Below, in pieces: positions 10,398-19,175 of a stretch of 64,000 nucleotides of DNA; position 1 is the stretch's first letter, and the number at the start of each line of letters is the position of its first letter. The position numbers and the translations under genes are program-made. Below the pieces are notes generated by a model, which searched no databases, was not told the DNA's origin, and saw only the letters and a program-made list of their open reading frames with translations. Source of the DNA: an uncultured Clostridia bacterium (lineage in GTDB: Bacteria > Bacillota > Clostridia > Christensenellales > Aristaeellaceae). The DNA is taken from positions 726-64,725 of the forward strand of contig CAKUKP010000002.1 in assembly GCA_934663625.1 (NCBI GenBank), given 5' to 3'.

Positions 10398-11189
10398 TTA
10401 CAGATCGCGGTTGTAGCCGCAGATCCAGCCGCCGTCCACCGTGATGTTCGTGCCGGTCATATACTTGGAAGCGTCGGAGGCCAGGAAGCAGGTCGCGCCC
10501 GCGATATCCTCAGGATCGCCCGGACGGCCCTGCGGAATGTGCGATGTGATGCCCTCCGCCGTCACGGGGTTGGCATAGAACAACGCGCGCGTACCTTCAA
10601 ACATAACCGATCCGGGCGCGATGCTGTTTACGCGGATGCCCTTCGGCGCAAGCTCCAGCGCCATCGTGCGCGTCAGCGAAAATACGCCGCCCTTCGCCGC
10701 GGCGAAGCCGCACTGCAGGCGCAGCGGGGTAAGGCCAACGATCGAACCTACGTTGATGATGCTGCCGCCTTCGCCCTGCGCGATCATCTGGCGCGCGGCA
10801 TACTTCGAACAATTGTATACGCCCTTCAGGTCGATCGAAACGATGCGATCCCACAGGCCTTCATCATATTCATGCACGCGCTTGCGGTACTGGGGACCGC
10901 CGTTGATGCCCGCGTTGTTCACCATGATGTCCACGCGGCCATAGATGCGCACGGTTTCCTGAATCAGATGTTCGGCGCTTTCGCGCTTGGATACGTCGCA
11001 CACCACGGGGGAGGCTTCGCCGCCCTCGGCGCGGATTTCATCCACGATCTTCTGCAGCGTTTCCAGCGTGCGTCCCGTCAGAACCACCTTCGCGCCGTTG
11101 CGCGCAAGTTCCTTGCACATTGCGCTGCCGATGGCGCCGCCGCCGCCGGTAACAATTGCAACTTTTCCCTTCAGATCTTCAACCTTCAT
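10398..11189 (-). CDS. SDR family oxidoreductase
   Basis: MKVEDLKGKVAIVTGGGGAIGSAM.., NNAG, YNCSK (YxxxK), ..ITVDGGW. Start at the ATG at 11189 (GAGGA upstream); the track start at 11294 is over-extended. Confidence 0.85.
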   Translation of the reverse strand: MKVEDLKGKVAIVTGGGGAIGSAMCKELARNGAKVVLTGRTLETLQKIVDEIRAEGGEASPVVCDVSKRESAEHLIQETVRIYGRVDIMVNNAGINGGPQYRKRVHEYDEGLWDRIVSIDLKGVYNCSKYAARQMIAQGEGGSIINVGSIVGLTPLRLQCGFAAAKGGVFSLTRTMALELAPKGIRVNSIAPGSVMFEGTRALFYANPVTAEGITSHIPQGRPGDPEDIAGATCFLASDASKYMTGTNITVDGGWICGYNRDL

Positions 11190-11284
11190 ATTCTCATCCT
11201 CTTGTTTTTTTCGCTGTCGTTTCCGGCAAAGGCCGCCGCATCGGCGATCCTCCGCCCTCTCCGGCGTTGCTTTGATTGTTCCGA

Positions 11285-11317
11285 CCAATTTCATTGGTAT
11301 TTGTCATACCAATTTCC
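11285..11317. promoter_or_regulatory. Candidate operator: perfect palindrome ATTGGTAT-N5-ATACCAAT flanked by direct CCAATTTC repeats
   Basis: Palindrome arms at 11293-11300 and 11306-11313. CCAATTTC at 11285-11292 and 11309-11316. Lies just downstream of the predicted -10 of the SDR/ABC operon. Confidence 0.45.
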
Positions 11318-11323
11318 TATAAT

Positions 11324-11353
11324 ATTTTACTATAAAAGATTGGCAATTGTCAA
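11324..11353 (-). promoter_or_regulatory. Sigma-A type promoter of the SDR/ABC/peptidase operon (TTGACA-18-TAAAAT)
   Basis: Minus strand: -35 TTGACA at 11348-11353, -10 TAAAAT at 11324-11329. Confidence 0.5.
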
Positions 11354-11585
11354 TACACTCCCCCGCAATTGGCTGCGATTGTTAACATGCATTTCGAAAA
11401 AGATACAAATGGCACCACCTCATTTTCGCATACTGTCCACTTTAATCATTTCTTTTCCCCTTTTTGATTCGCATTTCTAACGCGCATACAACGCCCAAAT
11501 CCCCTTTTAATGAAATCAAAAAGCAGAAAATAAAAGTTCGCACGGCCTGTGTTCCCCGCCAAAGCCTGCCCACCGCGCTCCCAAA

Positions 11586-11620
11586 CAAAAAGATCAGCCG
11601 GAGTGAATCCGCCGGCTGAC
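11586..11620 (-). terminator. Intrinsic terminator after the coiled-coil gene
   Basis: Minus strand UCAGCCGG-loop-CCGGCUGA followed by UCUUUUUGUUU. Confidence 0.7.
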
Positions 11621-11644
11621 CTGCGCTTTGCACCTGCAAAGCCG

Positions 11645-12679
11645 TTATATTTCCCGATACTTTTTCTTCTGATTCCGATAGCGTTCATAGCGCGAAATCT
11701 GCGCTGCCGCTTCTCCTTTTTCCGCGGGCTGCATTTCGCCACGCATTTCCGCGGAATGCAGCAGCTGATCGCACGCCGCGTCGATTTCCTGAATCGATTC
11801 CTCCCGAAAGGGAAACGCATCCACCGGACGCAGACCGGTTTCCTCGCACAGCGCATCGTACACCGCCAGATGCCGGCTCAATTCCTCATCCAGCGCTCGC
11901 GCATCCTTTTCATATTTGCGCAGCCGGTTCGCGAGGGGCTGCACATCGTAAATCTCCAGCTGATGCAGCGCCGCGGTATCGGGATCGCGCTCCCGAAGCT
12001 GTTCCAGCGCGCGGTCAATCCGCCCAAACGCATCGTCCGCAAAGCCCGCGATGTCCGCCCTGCGCCGCAATTCGCGCATGCCGGCTTTGATCCGGCGATA
12101 GCCGTTTTCAAATTCCAGAATGTGCTTTCGTTCCCGCAGCCTTCGTTCCTGCTTCTGCCGCTCCGGCTCGCCCTCACAGGCGGCAAGCGCTTTTGTTTCG
12201 ATTTTCTGAAACGCTTCGTTCAGGCATTTCACGCGATGATTGCGCAATTGCATTTTCAGCGTCTGCAAAAGCGCCGTTTTGCCATCAGCGATCTGCTTCA
12301 GGCGCGCAATTCCCTCCCGAATCCTTGCGTTTTCCGCCGTCAAAGCATCGTTTGATTCGCCCGCCAGCCCGTTCACCGCAGCTTCCCAACCGCGCAGACC
12401 ATCCTGTATTTTGCGCAAAATCAACAGCGCGCACTTTCTCGCCGGACTTTTTCCCTCGTCCACGATTCCCTGATAGCCTGCCAGCAGCCCCTCCAGCTCG
12501 GCACACATACCGTAGCCCTGCTGAATCAGCCATAGCTGCTCCGCGCGCAGCTCCGTTCTCTCCGCCTGTTTCATCTGTATTTTCAGCCGTTCCAGCCGAG
12601 CCTGATCCTGTCCCAGCTGGCTTTGTACCCGCTCCAAATAGGCTCCTCCCGCACTTCCACAATTTCCACGTTTCCCCAA
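11645..12679 (-). CDS. Hypothetical coiled-coil protein (R/E/L/Q-rich)
   Basis: 344-aa ORF with strong heptad-like composition and no motif I recognise. The track start is a TTG. An alternative TTG at 12637 is preceded by GGGAGGAG. Confidence 0.6.
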   Translation of the reverse strand: MGKRGNCGSAGGAYLERVQSQLGQDQARLERLKIQMKQAERTELRAEQLWLIQQGYGMCAELEGLLAGYQGIVDEGKSPARKCALLILRKIQDGLRGWEAAVNGLAGESNDALTAENARIREGIARLKQIADGKTALLQTLKMQLRNHRVKCLNEAFQKIETKALAACEGEPERQKQERRLRERKHILEFENGYRRIKAGMRELRRRADIAGFADDAFGRIDRALEQLRERDPDTAALHQLEIYDVQPLANRLRKYEKDARALDEELSRHLAVYDALCEETGLRPVDAFPFREESIQEIDAACDQLLHSAEMRGEMQPAEKGEAAAQISRYERYRNQKKKYREI

Positions 12680-12900
12680 CGATTACACGCATTATTTTAA
12701 TCTATACCTTTCATTTTCGCAAACCGCTCACGCCGTGAATCATACCGTTCGTGCGTCCCGCGTTGTTTTTAACAAAATGTTTTCGTAGATCGACGCAAGC
12801 AAACGCGCCGCCCGACTTCATTTGAAATCAGACGGCGCGTTGATGCTTGCCTGTATGAACGATTTGCAATTTCATTGATGTGTGAAAACAGAAATGACGC

Positions 12901-14523
12901 TTATAGCTGATCCAATTCCTCCATCATTGCCCTGCGGCGCGGGTATTCGGCGCGCCATGCTTTGACGATTTCATTGACGATCGCTTCTCCGCCCGAAATT
13001 TTCCGCATATGCTTCAACGTCGCTACCCATCCGCGATAGATCGTTCGATCCGCGGTGGTTCGCGCCTCGGCTTTGATTGCGTCGGCGTATTTTCCCAGCA
13101 CCTGTTCGGGATACCGCTTCACCAGCACGTTTTCATATTGTTTCAGCAGGTACGTTCCGCGCTGCGCCACCGCGCGCTCCAGCAGGCGATCGTACAATTC
13201 CTCATCCGCGTACAGCGCCGCGACGTCGGCGTACCGCGGCAGCGCCGCAAAAAGCCGTTCCCGTTCCGCAATCCAGTTCTCCGGTTCGAACAGGGATCGA
13301 TATTCGCGGTAGACATCCATGTTCGCCGGCGCGATTTCCGTCACGATCTTCCAAAGTGCATTCCGGTATTCGTCCGTCCAGCCGAGCGCCGCATAAGCAT
13401 CCTTGAGCTGCAAATGATAATACGCCTCGCTGCCGAGCGGATCCTCCTTCTGATCGAGGGCTTCCTTCAGAAGCGCAACGGTCTCCGCCCACTTGCCTGC
13501 CCGCCTGCACCGTTCAATCATCATTTTGCGTCCGAACGGCGCCGTGCGGTATTGCGCGAGCCACGCATCCACCACTTCCGCCGAGTCGCCCCGCTTTTCC
13601 ATCAGCCGCACGCAGTTCTGAATGCAGCGCCTGATGAGATAGCTGTCATTTTTACTGCCAAGCTCCCGATCCAGCGCTTCCTGTTCGGAATTGAGCAGCT
13701 TTTCCGTATACTTCGGCGCATCGAAGCACCGCATCAGCGTATCCGCACAGCAACCCTCCAGATAATCTGCGATTGTGTCGTCGCTGTTTGCGGTCAGCCA
13801 GTCAAACATCTTCTGCTGCAGATCATCGTCGGCGCGTTCCGCGATCTGTTCCCAGATGGATCTGCACGCACTTGCAACCATGGTGACGCCACCGTTTGAA
13901 TCATCCATATCGACGTCGTTCAGCGCGAGAAACACAAACGTCGATACGCGAAATGCATCCAGATCCTGACCGTGTTCCATGCGCGGAACCGCTTCATCCT
14001 CCAGAATATCCAGCATCTCGCTGACAAAATTGTCCGCTTCATAATAATCGATGTAGCCATCCGCCATGTATTTATCAACGATCGTGTCTACGGCAGCTTC
14101 GACATCATCTAAAATGGATGGGGCACCGTCCGGCTGTGCTTCGATCATGAACCGCCGACAAAGCCTGTCATCCCGCAGAAGCGCGTCCACCAGGAAACGC
14201 CGCACCAACGCCTCGTCCGCGCGCTGCACCGCTTCCCGAATCTGCGCATCGGCGCCGCGCGATCCCGTTTTTTTGCCCTGCCATGCGTACAGCACCGCCG
14301 CCATGTGCTTACAATTCTCGCCGCCCTCGGCATAGGGACAGGTGCATTCCATGCCGGAAACGCCGTCCTCATCCAGCTCGATGGAAACATCATACGGCTC
14401 CGATCCCTCCACCACCGCGGTGATCTCATCTTCATATATTTCAAGATCTTCAACGCGGCCTAAGCAATAATACGCCATCCCCCGTTCCAGAATGTGCGGC
14501 TTGAATAAACGTTCCCAGTTCAT
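12901..14523 (-). CDS. SWIM zinc-finger domain protein with helical-repeat C-terminal region
   Basis: N-terminal ..GMECTCPYAEGGENCKHMAAVL.. matches the SWIM CxCx(n)CxH signature. 540 aa. Confidence 0.8.
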   Translation of the reverse strand: MNWERLFKPHILERGMAYYCLGRVEDLEIYEDEITAVVEGSEPYDVSIELDEDGVSGMECTCPYAEGGENCKHMAAVLYAWQGKKTGSRGADAQIREAVQRADEALVRRFLVDALLRDDRLCRRFMIEAQPDGAPSILDDVEAAVDTIVDKYMADGYIDYYEADNFVSEMLDILEDEAVPRMEHGQDLDAFRVSTFVFLALNDVDMDDSNGGVTMVASACRSIWEQIAERADDDLQQKMFDWLTANSDDTIADYLEGCCADTLMRCFDAPKYTEKLLNSEQEALDRELGSKNDSYLIRRCIQNCVRLMEKRGDSAEVVDAWLAQYRTAPFGRKMMIERCRRAGKWAETVALLKEALDQKEDPLGSEAYYHLQLKDAYAALGWTDEYRNALWKIVTEIAPANMDVYREYRSLFEPENWIAERERLFAALPRYADVAALYADEELYDRLLERAVAQRGTYLLKQYENVLVKRYPEQVLGKYADAIKAEARTTADRTIYRGWVATLKHMRKISGGEAIVNEIVKAWRAEYPRRRAMMEELDQL

Positions 14524-14780
14524 AGATGCACCTCGAATGAATCGTTGTCAATGTTTCGTCGTTTTGTGATTATAGTATAAATCATTCGTCCGGTTTTGTA
14601 AACGGTCGATGACGGAACAGGATCTGCACATGAATGAAACACCACCTATTTTGCAGTTAAGTGCAATCATAAACATTTGACGATGTAAGCCCAATTTCTT
14701 GAAATGAAGTACGGCTGCAAAACGAAAGGGTGAAACAAAAATGAAATCAAATTATCGTTTTAATCAGAAGCAGCTCCGTT

Positions 14781-14831
14781 TTTTTATCAAACAAAGAATC
14801 CATGACCCTCAAATATATGGGGTCATGGATT
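14781..14831 (-). terminator. Intrinsic terminator of htrA (13-bp stem GAATCCATGACCC / GGGTCATGGATTC)
   Basis: Stem arms at 14796-14808 and 14819-14831, followed by UUUGUUUGAUAAAAA on the minus strand. A near-identical copy lies at 19126-19162. Confidence 0.8.
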
Positions 14832-14875
14832 CGTCATTTGTCACGCGGCAGCTGCTGGGATTAAGCGCCCTGCGC

Positions 14876-16252
14876 TTAGTCTTCAGGGATTTCGAGGGTT
14901 ACATCTACGGTGATGAACTCATAGCCGCCGGACACGGTGACATCCACCAGCGTCTGATCCTGCGCCTGTGCGGAGCTGGAGCTATCGCTGTCGGAGCTGC
15001 CGCTGCCGTTGTAATTACCGCCGTTGCCATAGCCGTAATTGTAGCCGTAGCCGCCGTTGCCGAAGAAGTAATCATAGGGGTTGAAGTAGCCGCCGTTGCC
15101 ATAGCCATAATTGCCGTTGCCGCCGTAGCTGCTGGTATTGTTGTTGGCATAGACAGGCGTTACATTCTTGTACCGAACGACCTTCAGGGTGATGGTATCG
15201 CCCGCCTGCATCTTATCCAGAATGCCGGTCAGTTCGCGGTAGGAGGTCACACGCTGATCGTTTACGGAGTAGATGAAATCATAGGGCTGCAGACCCGCCG
15301 CTTCCGCGGAGCTACCCGCGCTTACGGTGTTGATCATCACGCTTGCGGGAGCGTAATTGTCCATCGGCTCATCGGGGCCTTCATAATCGGCGACGGTTAC
15401 GCCCATCTGCGGACGAACGACCTTGCCGTTTTCAATCAACTGTACCGCGATCGGGTAAGCGGTATCGATCGGGATCGCGAAGCCCAGGCCATCATACGAT
15501 GCGCTGGAATAGGAACCCAGATCATACTTCAGCGTGTTGATGCCCACCAGGTTGCCCTGATAATCGAACAGACCGCCGCCGCTGTTGCCCTTGTTGATGG
15601 CGGCGTCGTGCTGGATGTAATCCACGCCGCGGGTGGTGTTGCTGGAATAGAAGCCGGTGCGCTTCAGCGCGGAAACGATGCCCTGCGTTACGCTGTTGGC
15701 AAAGATTTCGCCGCCCGGATTGCCGATGGCAACCACGGTGCTGCCGACCACCAGATCATCGGTCGAGCCGATGGTTACAGGAACCAGCTGATCCGCATAC
15801 GCATCATCGATCTTCAGGATCGCGATATCGATGGACGAATCGGTGCCCACCAGCGTAGCGGCTACCTTTTCACCGCTGGGCAGGAGCAGCTTGTAGCTGT
15901 TGCCGGATTCGATTACATGATTGTTGGTCAGTACATAACCGCCTTCGCGGATGCATACGCCGCTGCCCTCAGCATACAGGGTTTCCTTCACTTCGCCGCT
16001 GGAACGATCCCATTCCTGCGTATAGGTCAGAACGCCCACGACGCTGTTTGCATTCTTCTGCGCCACATAGATCGCCGGACTGGGATCGGATGCGGGCGCG
16101 GTCGCCGTCTGTGCGGTTTCTGCAACCGCCGCGGTCTTATTGGTAATCAGGCTGCCCGCCGTGAATGCGCCGAACGCAAACAGGCATACGAGCGCGATGC
16201 TCAATACGCACAGCCATCCGCGATTCGCTGATCTGCGATTATTGTTTTTCAT
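14876..16252 (-). CDS. htrA: HtrA/DegP-like trypsin-family serine protease with PDZ domain and a G/Y/N-rich insertion
   Basis: N-terminal TM anchor. Catalytic triad contexts TNNHV, DIAILK, GNSGGGL. A PDZ-like segment is followed by a Gly/Tyr/Asn low-complexity tract. Confidence 0.9.
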   Translation of the reverse strand: MKNNNRRSANRGWLCVLSIALVCLFAFGAFTAGSLITNKTAAVAETAQTATAPASDPSPAIYVAQKNANSVVGVLTYTQEWDRSSGEVKETLYAEGSGVCIREGGYVLTNNHVIESGNSYKLLLPSGEKVAATLVGTDSSIDIAILKIDDAYADQLVPVTIGSTDDLVVGSTVVAIGNPGGEIFANSVTQGIVSALKRTGFYSSNTTRGVDYIQHDAAINKGNSGGGLFDYQGNLVGINTLKYDLGSYSSASYDGLGFAIPIDTAYPIAVQLIENGKVVRPQMGVTVADYEGPDEPMDNYAPASVMINTVSAGSSAEAAGLQPYDFIYSVNDQRVTSYRELTGILDKMQAGDTITLKVVRYKNVTPVYANNNTSSYGGNGNYGYGNGGYFNPYDYFFGNGGYGYNYGYGNGGNYNGSGSSDSDSSSSAQAQDQTLVDVTVSGGYEFITVDVTLEIPED

Positions 16253-16324
16253 AATGCCGTCTCCTTTGCATTGAACTTTGATATTGGCGTTGCCGGAGAG
16301 ATGCTTCCCTCACGGAACGATTGT

Positions 16325-16353
16325 ATTATAGATCACAGGTCAGGGAAAGTCAA
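16325..16353 (-). promoter_or_regulatory. Sigma-A type promoter of htrA (TTGACT-17-TATAAT)
   Basis: Minus strand: -35 at 16348-16353, -10 at 16325-16330. Confidence 0.55.
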
Positions 16354-16415
16354 TGAACAAACCTGACGCAATTTGTGAACAAGCTGTAACGGTTTTTGAG
16401 CGCCAAAATTGTGCC

Positions 16416-16463
16416 AAAAAATGGAAATGGAGCCGAAAAACGCGATTCCGTTTTTGCGGCTCC
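16416..16463 (-). terminator. Intrinsic terminator after the DUF378 gene
   Basis: GGAGCCG(C)AAAAACG / CGUUUUUCGGCUCC stem (one bulge) followed by a U-rich run on the minus strand. Confidence 0.65.
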
Positions 16464-16481
16464 AATCCCATTGTCCGGACT

Positions 16482-16697
16482 TTATGCTGCGTCGTGCACG
16501 CGATCCGTATTGCGATCGCGGAACAGCAGCGAAATGCACCACAGGCTGGCGATGCCCACCACCGTATAGATGATGCGGCTGACGATCGCGGTCTGACCGC
16601 CACAAATGTAGGAAACCAGATCGAAGCGGAACAGGCCCACCAGCAGCCAGTTGATGCCGCCGATGATGGTAAGAATCAGAGAAGTGCGATCCAACAT
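16482..16697 (-). CDS. DUF378 family small membrane protein
   Basis: 71 aa; LILTIIGGINWLLVGLFRFDLVSYICGG matches the DUF378 signature as I recall it. Confidence 0.8.
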   Translation of the reverse strand: MLDRTSLILTIIGGINWLLVGLFRFDLVSYICGGQTAIVSRIIYTVVGIASLWCISLLFRDRNTDRVHDAA

Positions 16698-16833
16698 AGT
16701 TCATATCCTCCTTATCTGCCCGCGTATCGCGGGTACAGATTCATTATTTCCCTTTTTTTGCAGATTATTCAGGTCTGTATCCGTTTTTCCGATCATAGAT
16801 AATGCCACATTTGAAAATCGGAGGTGCTTATCC

Positions 16834-19143
16834 ATGCTTCGCGCCATCAAGATGCCCATTTCCCTTCGAATCACCGCAAAATTTGCCCGCAGCGCCGCCA
16901 TCGGCTGCATCGCGCTGCTGCTCGCGCGCGCGCAGATTCTGCCCGGATCGCCGTTATGCGCCGCATTGCTGGCGGCAGCCATCGCCGTCGGCGAAAACGC
17001 CGCCGCGCCGGTAATCGGCATTCTGCTGGGCTCGATTCGCTTCCCGCTGGGCAGCACCGATATACAAACCGCCGCGTGCGCCGCCGCTGTGCTGGCAGCC
17101 GAGCTTATATTATCGTTCATCCCCGCGTTGCGCGGCATGTCAAAGGCGAAGCGCGCATGCATCACCGCTTCATTCGGCACGCTGATCCCGATGGCAATCT
17201 GGGCGAACGCCGATCTGCTGAACACGGCGCGCGCGGTCGCGGCGGCGCTGCTGGCAGGCGCGAGCGCGCCGTTTCTGCTGGACGCGCTGCGGATTCGTCT
17301 GAGCCGAACGCGCCTGTCGATGCGCGAACGCACGGGCGCGGCGCTGATCATCGGCGGCTGCATCGCGGGCATGTGGGGCATTTATTCGCACGCGGCGATG
17401 TTCTGCGCGATCTTCTGCGCGCTGCTGCTGCCCGCGACGGGCGGAATCGGCGCGTGTGCGCTGGCGATCTGCGGCGCGGGCGCATCGCCCGCCGTGGCGG
17501 CTTCGCTATGCGGCATGACGGCAGGACTGCCCGTGTATCGAAACCGCCGGCTGCGCGCGCCCGCCGTGCTGGGCGGTTGCATCGCGCTGTACTATCTGGT
17601 GGGACAGCCGCACCCGATTCCCGCGCTGGCGGCGTGCTGCGCCTATGTACTCGTAGGCGAGGGTCTGCACCGGAAAATCGCGCATTTCGCCGCGCGATCC
17701 GATCCAACCGACGCGGACGCGCTGGCGCAGGAGGTTACGCGCCGCGCGCGCGATCGTCTGCGCGCACTGGGCGATGCGTTCGGCGCGCTGGCAGAGGAGG
17801 GCTGCGCGGATACGGAATTGCCCGATGAACAGCAGCTGATCTATGAAATGCGCGCGCGGCTATGCGATGGCTGCGGCGGTTATGCGCAATGCTGGATGGG
17901 CGAAGAAAACCGCGGTGCGCGCTTCCTTTGCCGCCTGATCGCGGAAGCCGCCGAAAAGGGCGATGCGCCGGCGGGCGAGCGCGTGCTCTATTCCGATGAT
18001 GTGCCGCCCGATGTTTTGCGGCGGTGCCGGCGTGGGCGCACGATTCCCGAACGGCTGGGACTGATGCTGGCGGACTTTGCGCGGCGGCGGCAGCTTGAAA
18101 TTCTGCGCGGCATGGGCGGCGATATGATGCAGCGGCAGTTTTTGCAGGCGCGGGACGTTTTATACGCGCTGGCGGATCGCCAGGCCGCGCCGCTGCGCGT
18201 ACTGCGCGGAGCTGCGGATGATCTTGCGGCGGCGCTGGATTCGGCGGGGCTGCGCAAAATCCAGATTTCCGCCTTTGATGCGGACACCACGCATATTCTG
18301 CTCCGGCGCGCGCAGGGCTGGACGGAAAGCACGGTTGCGCAGGCGCGGCGCGCCGCCGCACAGGCACTGGGCGGCGATTACGCCGTACATGTGCGCGGCG
18401 AAGCGCTGCGGCTCACCCCGCGGGCGCGTTTATCCTGCGATACCGGCGCGGCATGCCAGTCCGGCGATGCGCAAACCGCGTCCGGCGACAGCCACATGAT
18501 ACGCCGAATCGACGACGACCGCATGATCGCCATGCTTTCGGACGGCATGGGCAGCGGCGATGCGGCGGCGGAGGAAAGCGCGCGGGCGCTGCGCCTGATG
18601 TGGCACTTTTTACGCGCCGATATTCCCGTAGAAAACGCCGCCGACTGCGCCAATCGCCGGATGCTGATGTGCGATGGCGATGAAATCTTCGCCACGCTGG
18701 ATCTATGCGCGCTGGATCTGCGCACTGGGCGCGCCGAGTTTACCAAGCTGGCCGCCAGTCGCACGCTGATCCTGCGCGGCGATCGAATCATCCCCATCGA
18801 CGGCGCACATCTGCCGCTGGGCATCATCGAAGGCGTGCGCGGCGAGGCGCGCACCGTGCGCGTGCAGGACGGCGATGTGATCATCATGGGCTCGGACGGG
18901 CTGATGGAATCGGTAACCATCGATCAGATCACCGATATCGCGCGCGACAAATCCGCGTCCGCACAGCTGATCGCCGAACGCCTGACCCACGCCGCCGCCA
19001 CAACCCGCACCCGAATCGACGATATCACCTGCCTCGTCCTCCTCTTGCGGGCAGTGCCCGCTGCCAGCAACTGCCGCGCCAAACGCTGTGCGTTTGATCC
19101 CAGCAACTGCCGTGTGCATAAAAACGAATCCATGTCCCCATAA
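16834..19143 (+). CDS. spoIIE: Stage II sporulation protein E (membrane PP2C phosphatase)
   Basis: Polytopic N-terminal half. C-terminal PP2C motifs SGDSHM.., MLSDGMGSGDAAAEES, GSDGLME. Start at the ATG at 16834 with GGAGGTG at 16820-16826; the track ORF (16651) overlaps the DUF378 gene. Confidence 0.9.
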   Translation: MLRAIKMPISLRITAKFARSAAIGCIALLLARAQILPGSPLCAALLAAAIAVGENAAAPVIGILLGSIRFPLGSTDIQTAACAAAVLAAELILSFIPALRGMSKAKRACITASFGTLIPMAIWANADLLNTARAVAAALLAGASAPFLLDALRIRLSRTRLSMRERTGAALIIGGCIAGMWGIYSHAAMFCAIFCALLLPATGGIGACALAICGAGASPAVAASLCGMTAGLPVYRNRRLRAPAVLGGCIALYYLVGQPHPIPALAACCAYVLVGEGLHRKIAHFAARSDPTDADALAQEVTRRARDRLRALGDAFGALAEEGCADTELPDEQQLIYEMRARLCDGCGGYAQCWMGEENRGARFLCRLIAEAAEKGDAPAGERVLYSDDVPPDVLRRCRRGRTIPERLGLMLADFARRRQLEILRGMGGDMMQRQFLQARDVLYALADRQAAPLRVLRGAADDLAAALDSAGLRKIQISAFDADTTHILLRRAQGWTESTVAQARRAAAQALGGDYAVHVRGEALRLTPRARLSCDTGAACQSGDAQTASGDSHMIRRIDDDRMIAMLSDGMGSGDAAAEESARALRLMWHFLRADIPVENAADCANRRMLMCDGDEIFATLDLCALDLRTGRAEFTKLAASRTLILRGDRIIPIDGAHLPLGIIEGVRGEARTVRVQDGDVIIMGSDGLMESVTIDQITDIARDKSASAQLIAERLTHAAATTRTRIDDITCLVLLLRAVPAASNCRAKRCAFDPSNCRVHKNESMSP

Positions 19144-19175
19144 GTTTGAGGGACATGGATTCTATGTTTCTATTC
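19126..19175 (+). terminator. Intrinsic terminator of spoIIE (13-bp stem GAATCCATGTCCC / GGGACATGGATTC)
   Basis: Stem arms at 19126-19138 and 19150-19162, spanning the TAA stop, followed by UAUGUUUCUAUUCGAUUU. Confidence 0.7.

Noticed and set aside
16651-16833. N-terminal extension of spoIIE as drawn in the ORF track. The same applies to similar over-extended starts at 2355, 4774, 8358, 9629, 11294, 23071, 36742, 49975, 50582, 52717, 57480, 58397 and 61271.
   Set aside because: The extensions overlap neighbouring genes or lack an RBS. Internal starts have a strong Shine-Dalgarno at 5-9 nt and give canonical N-termini or signal peptides.
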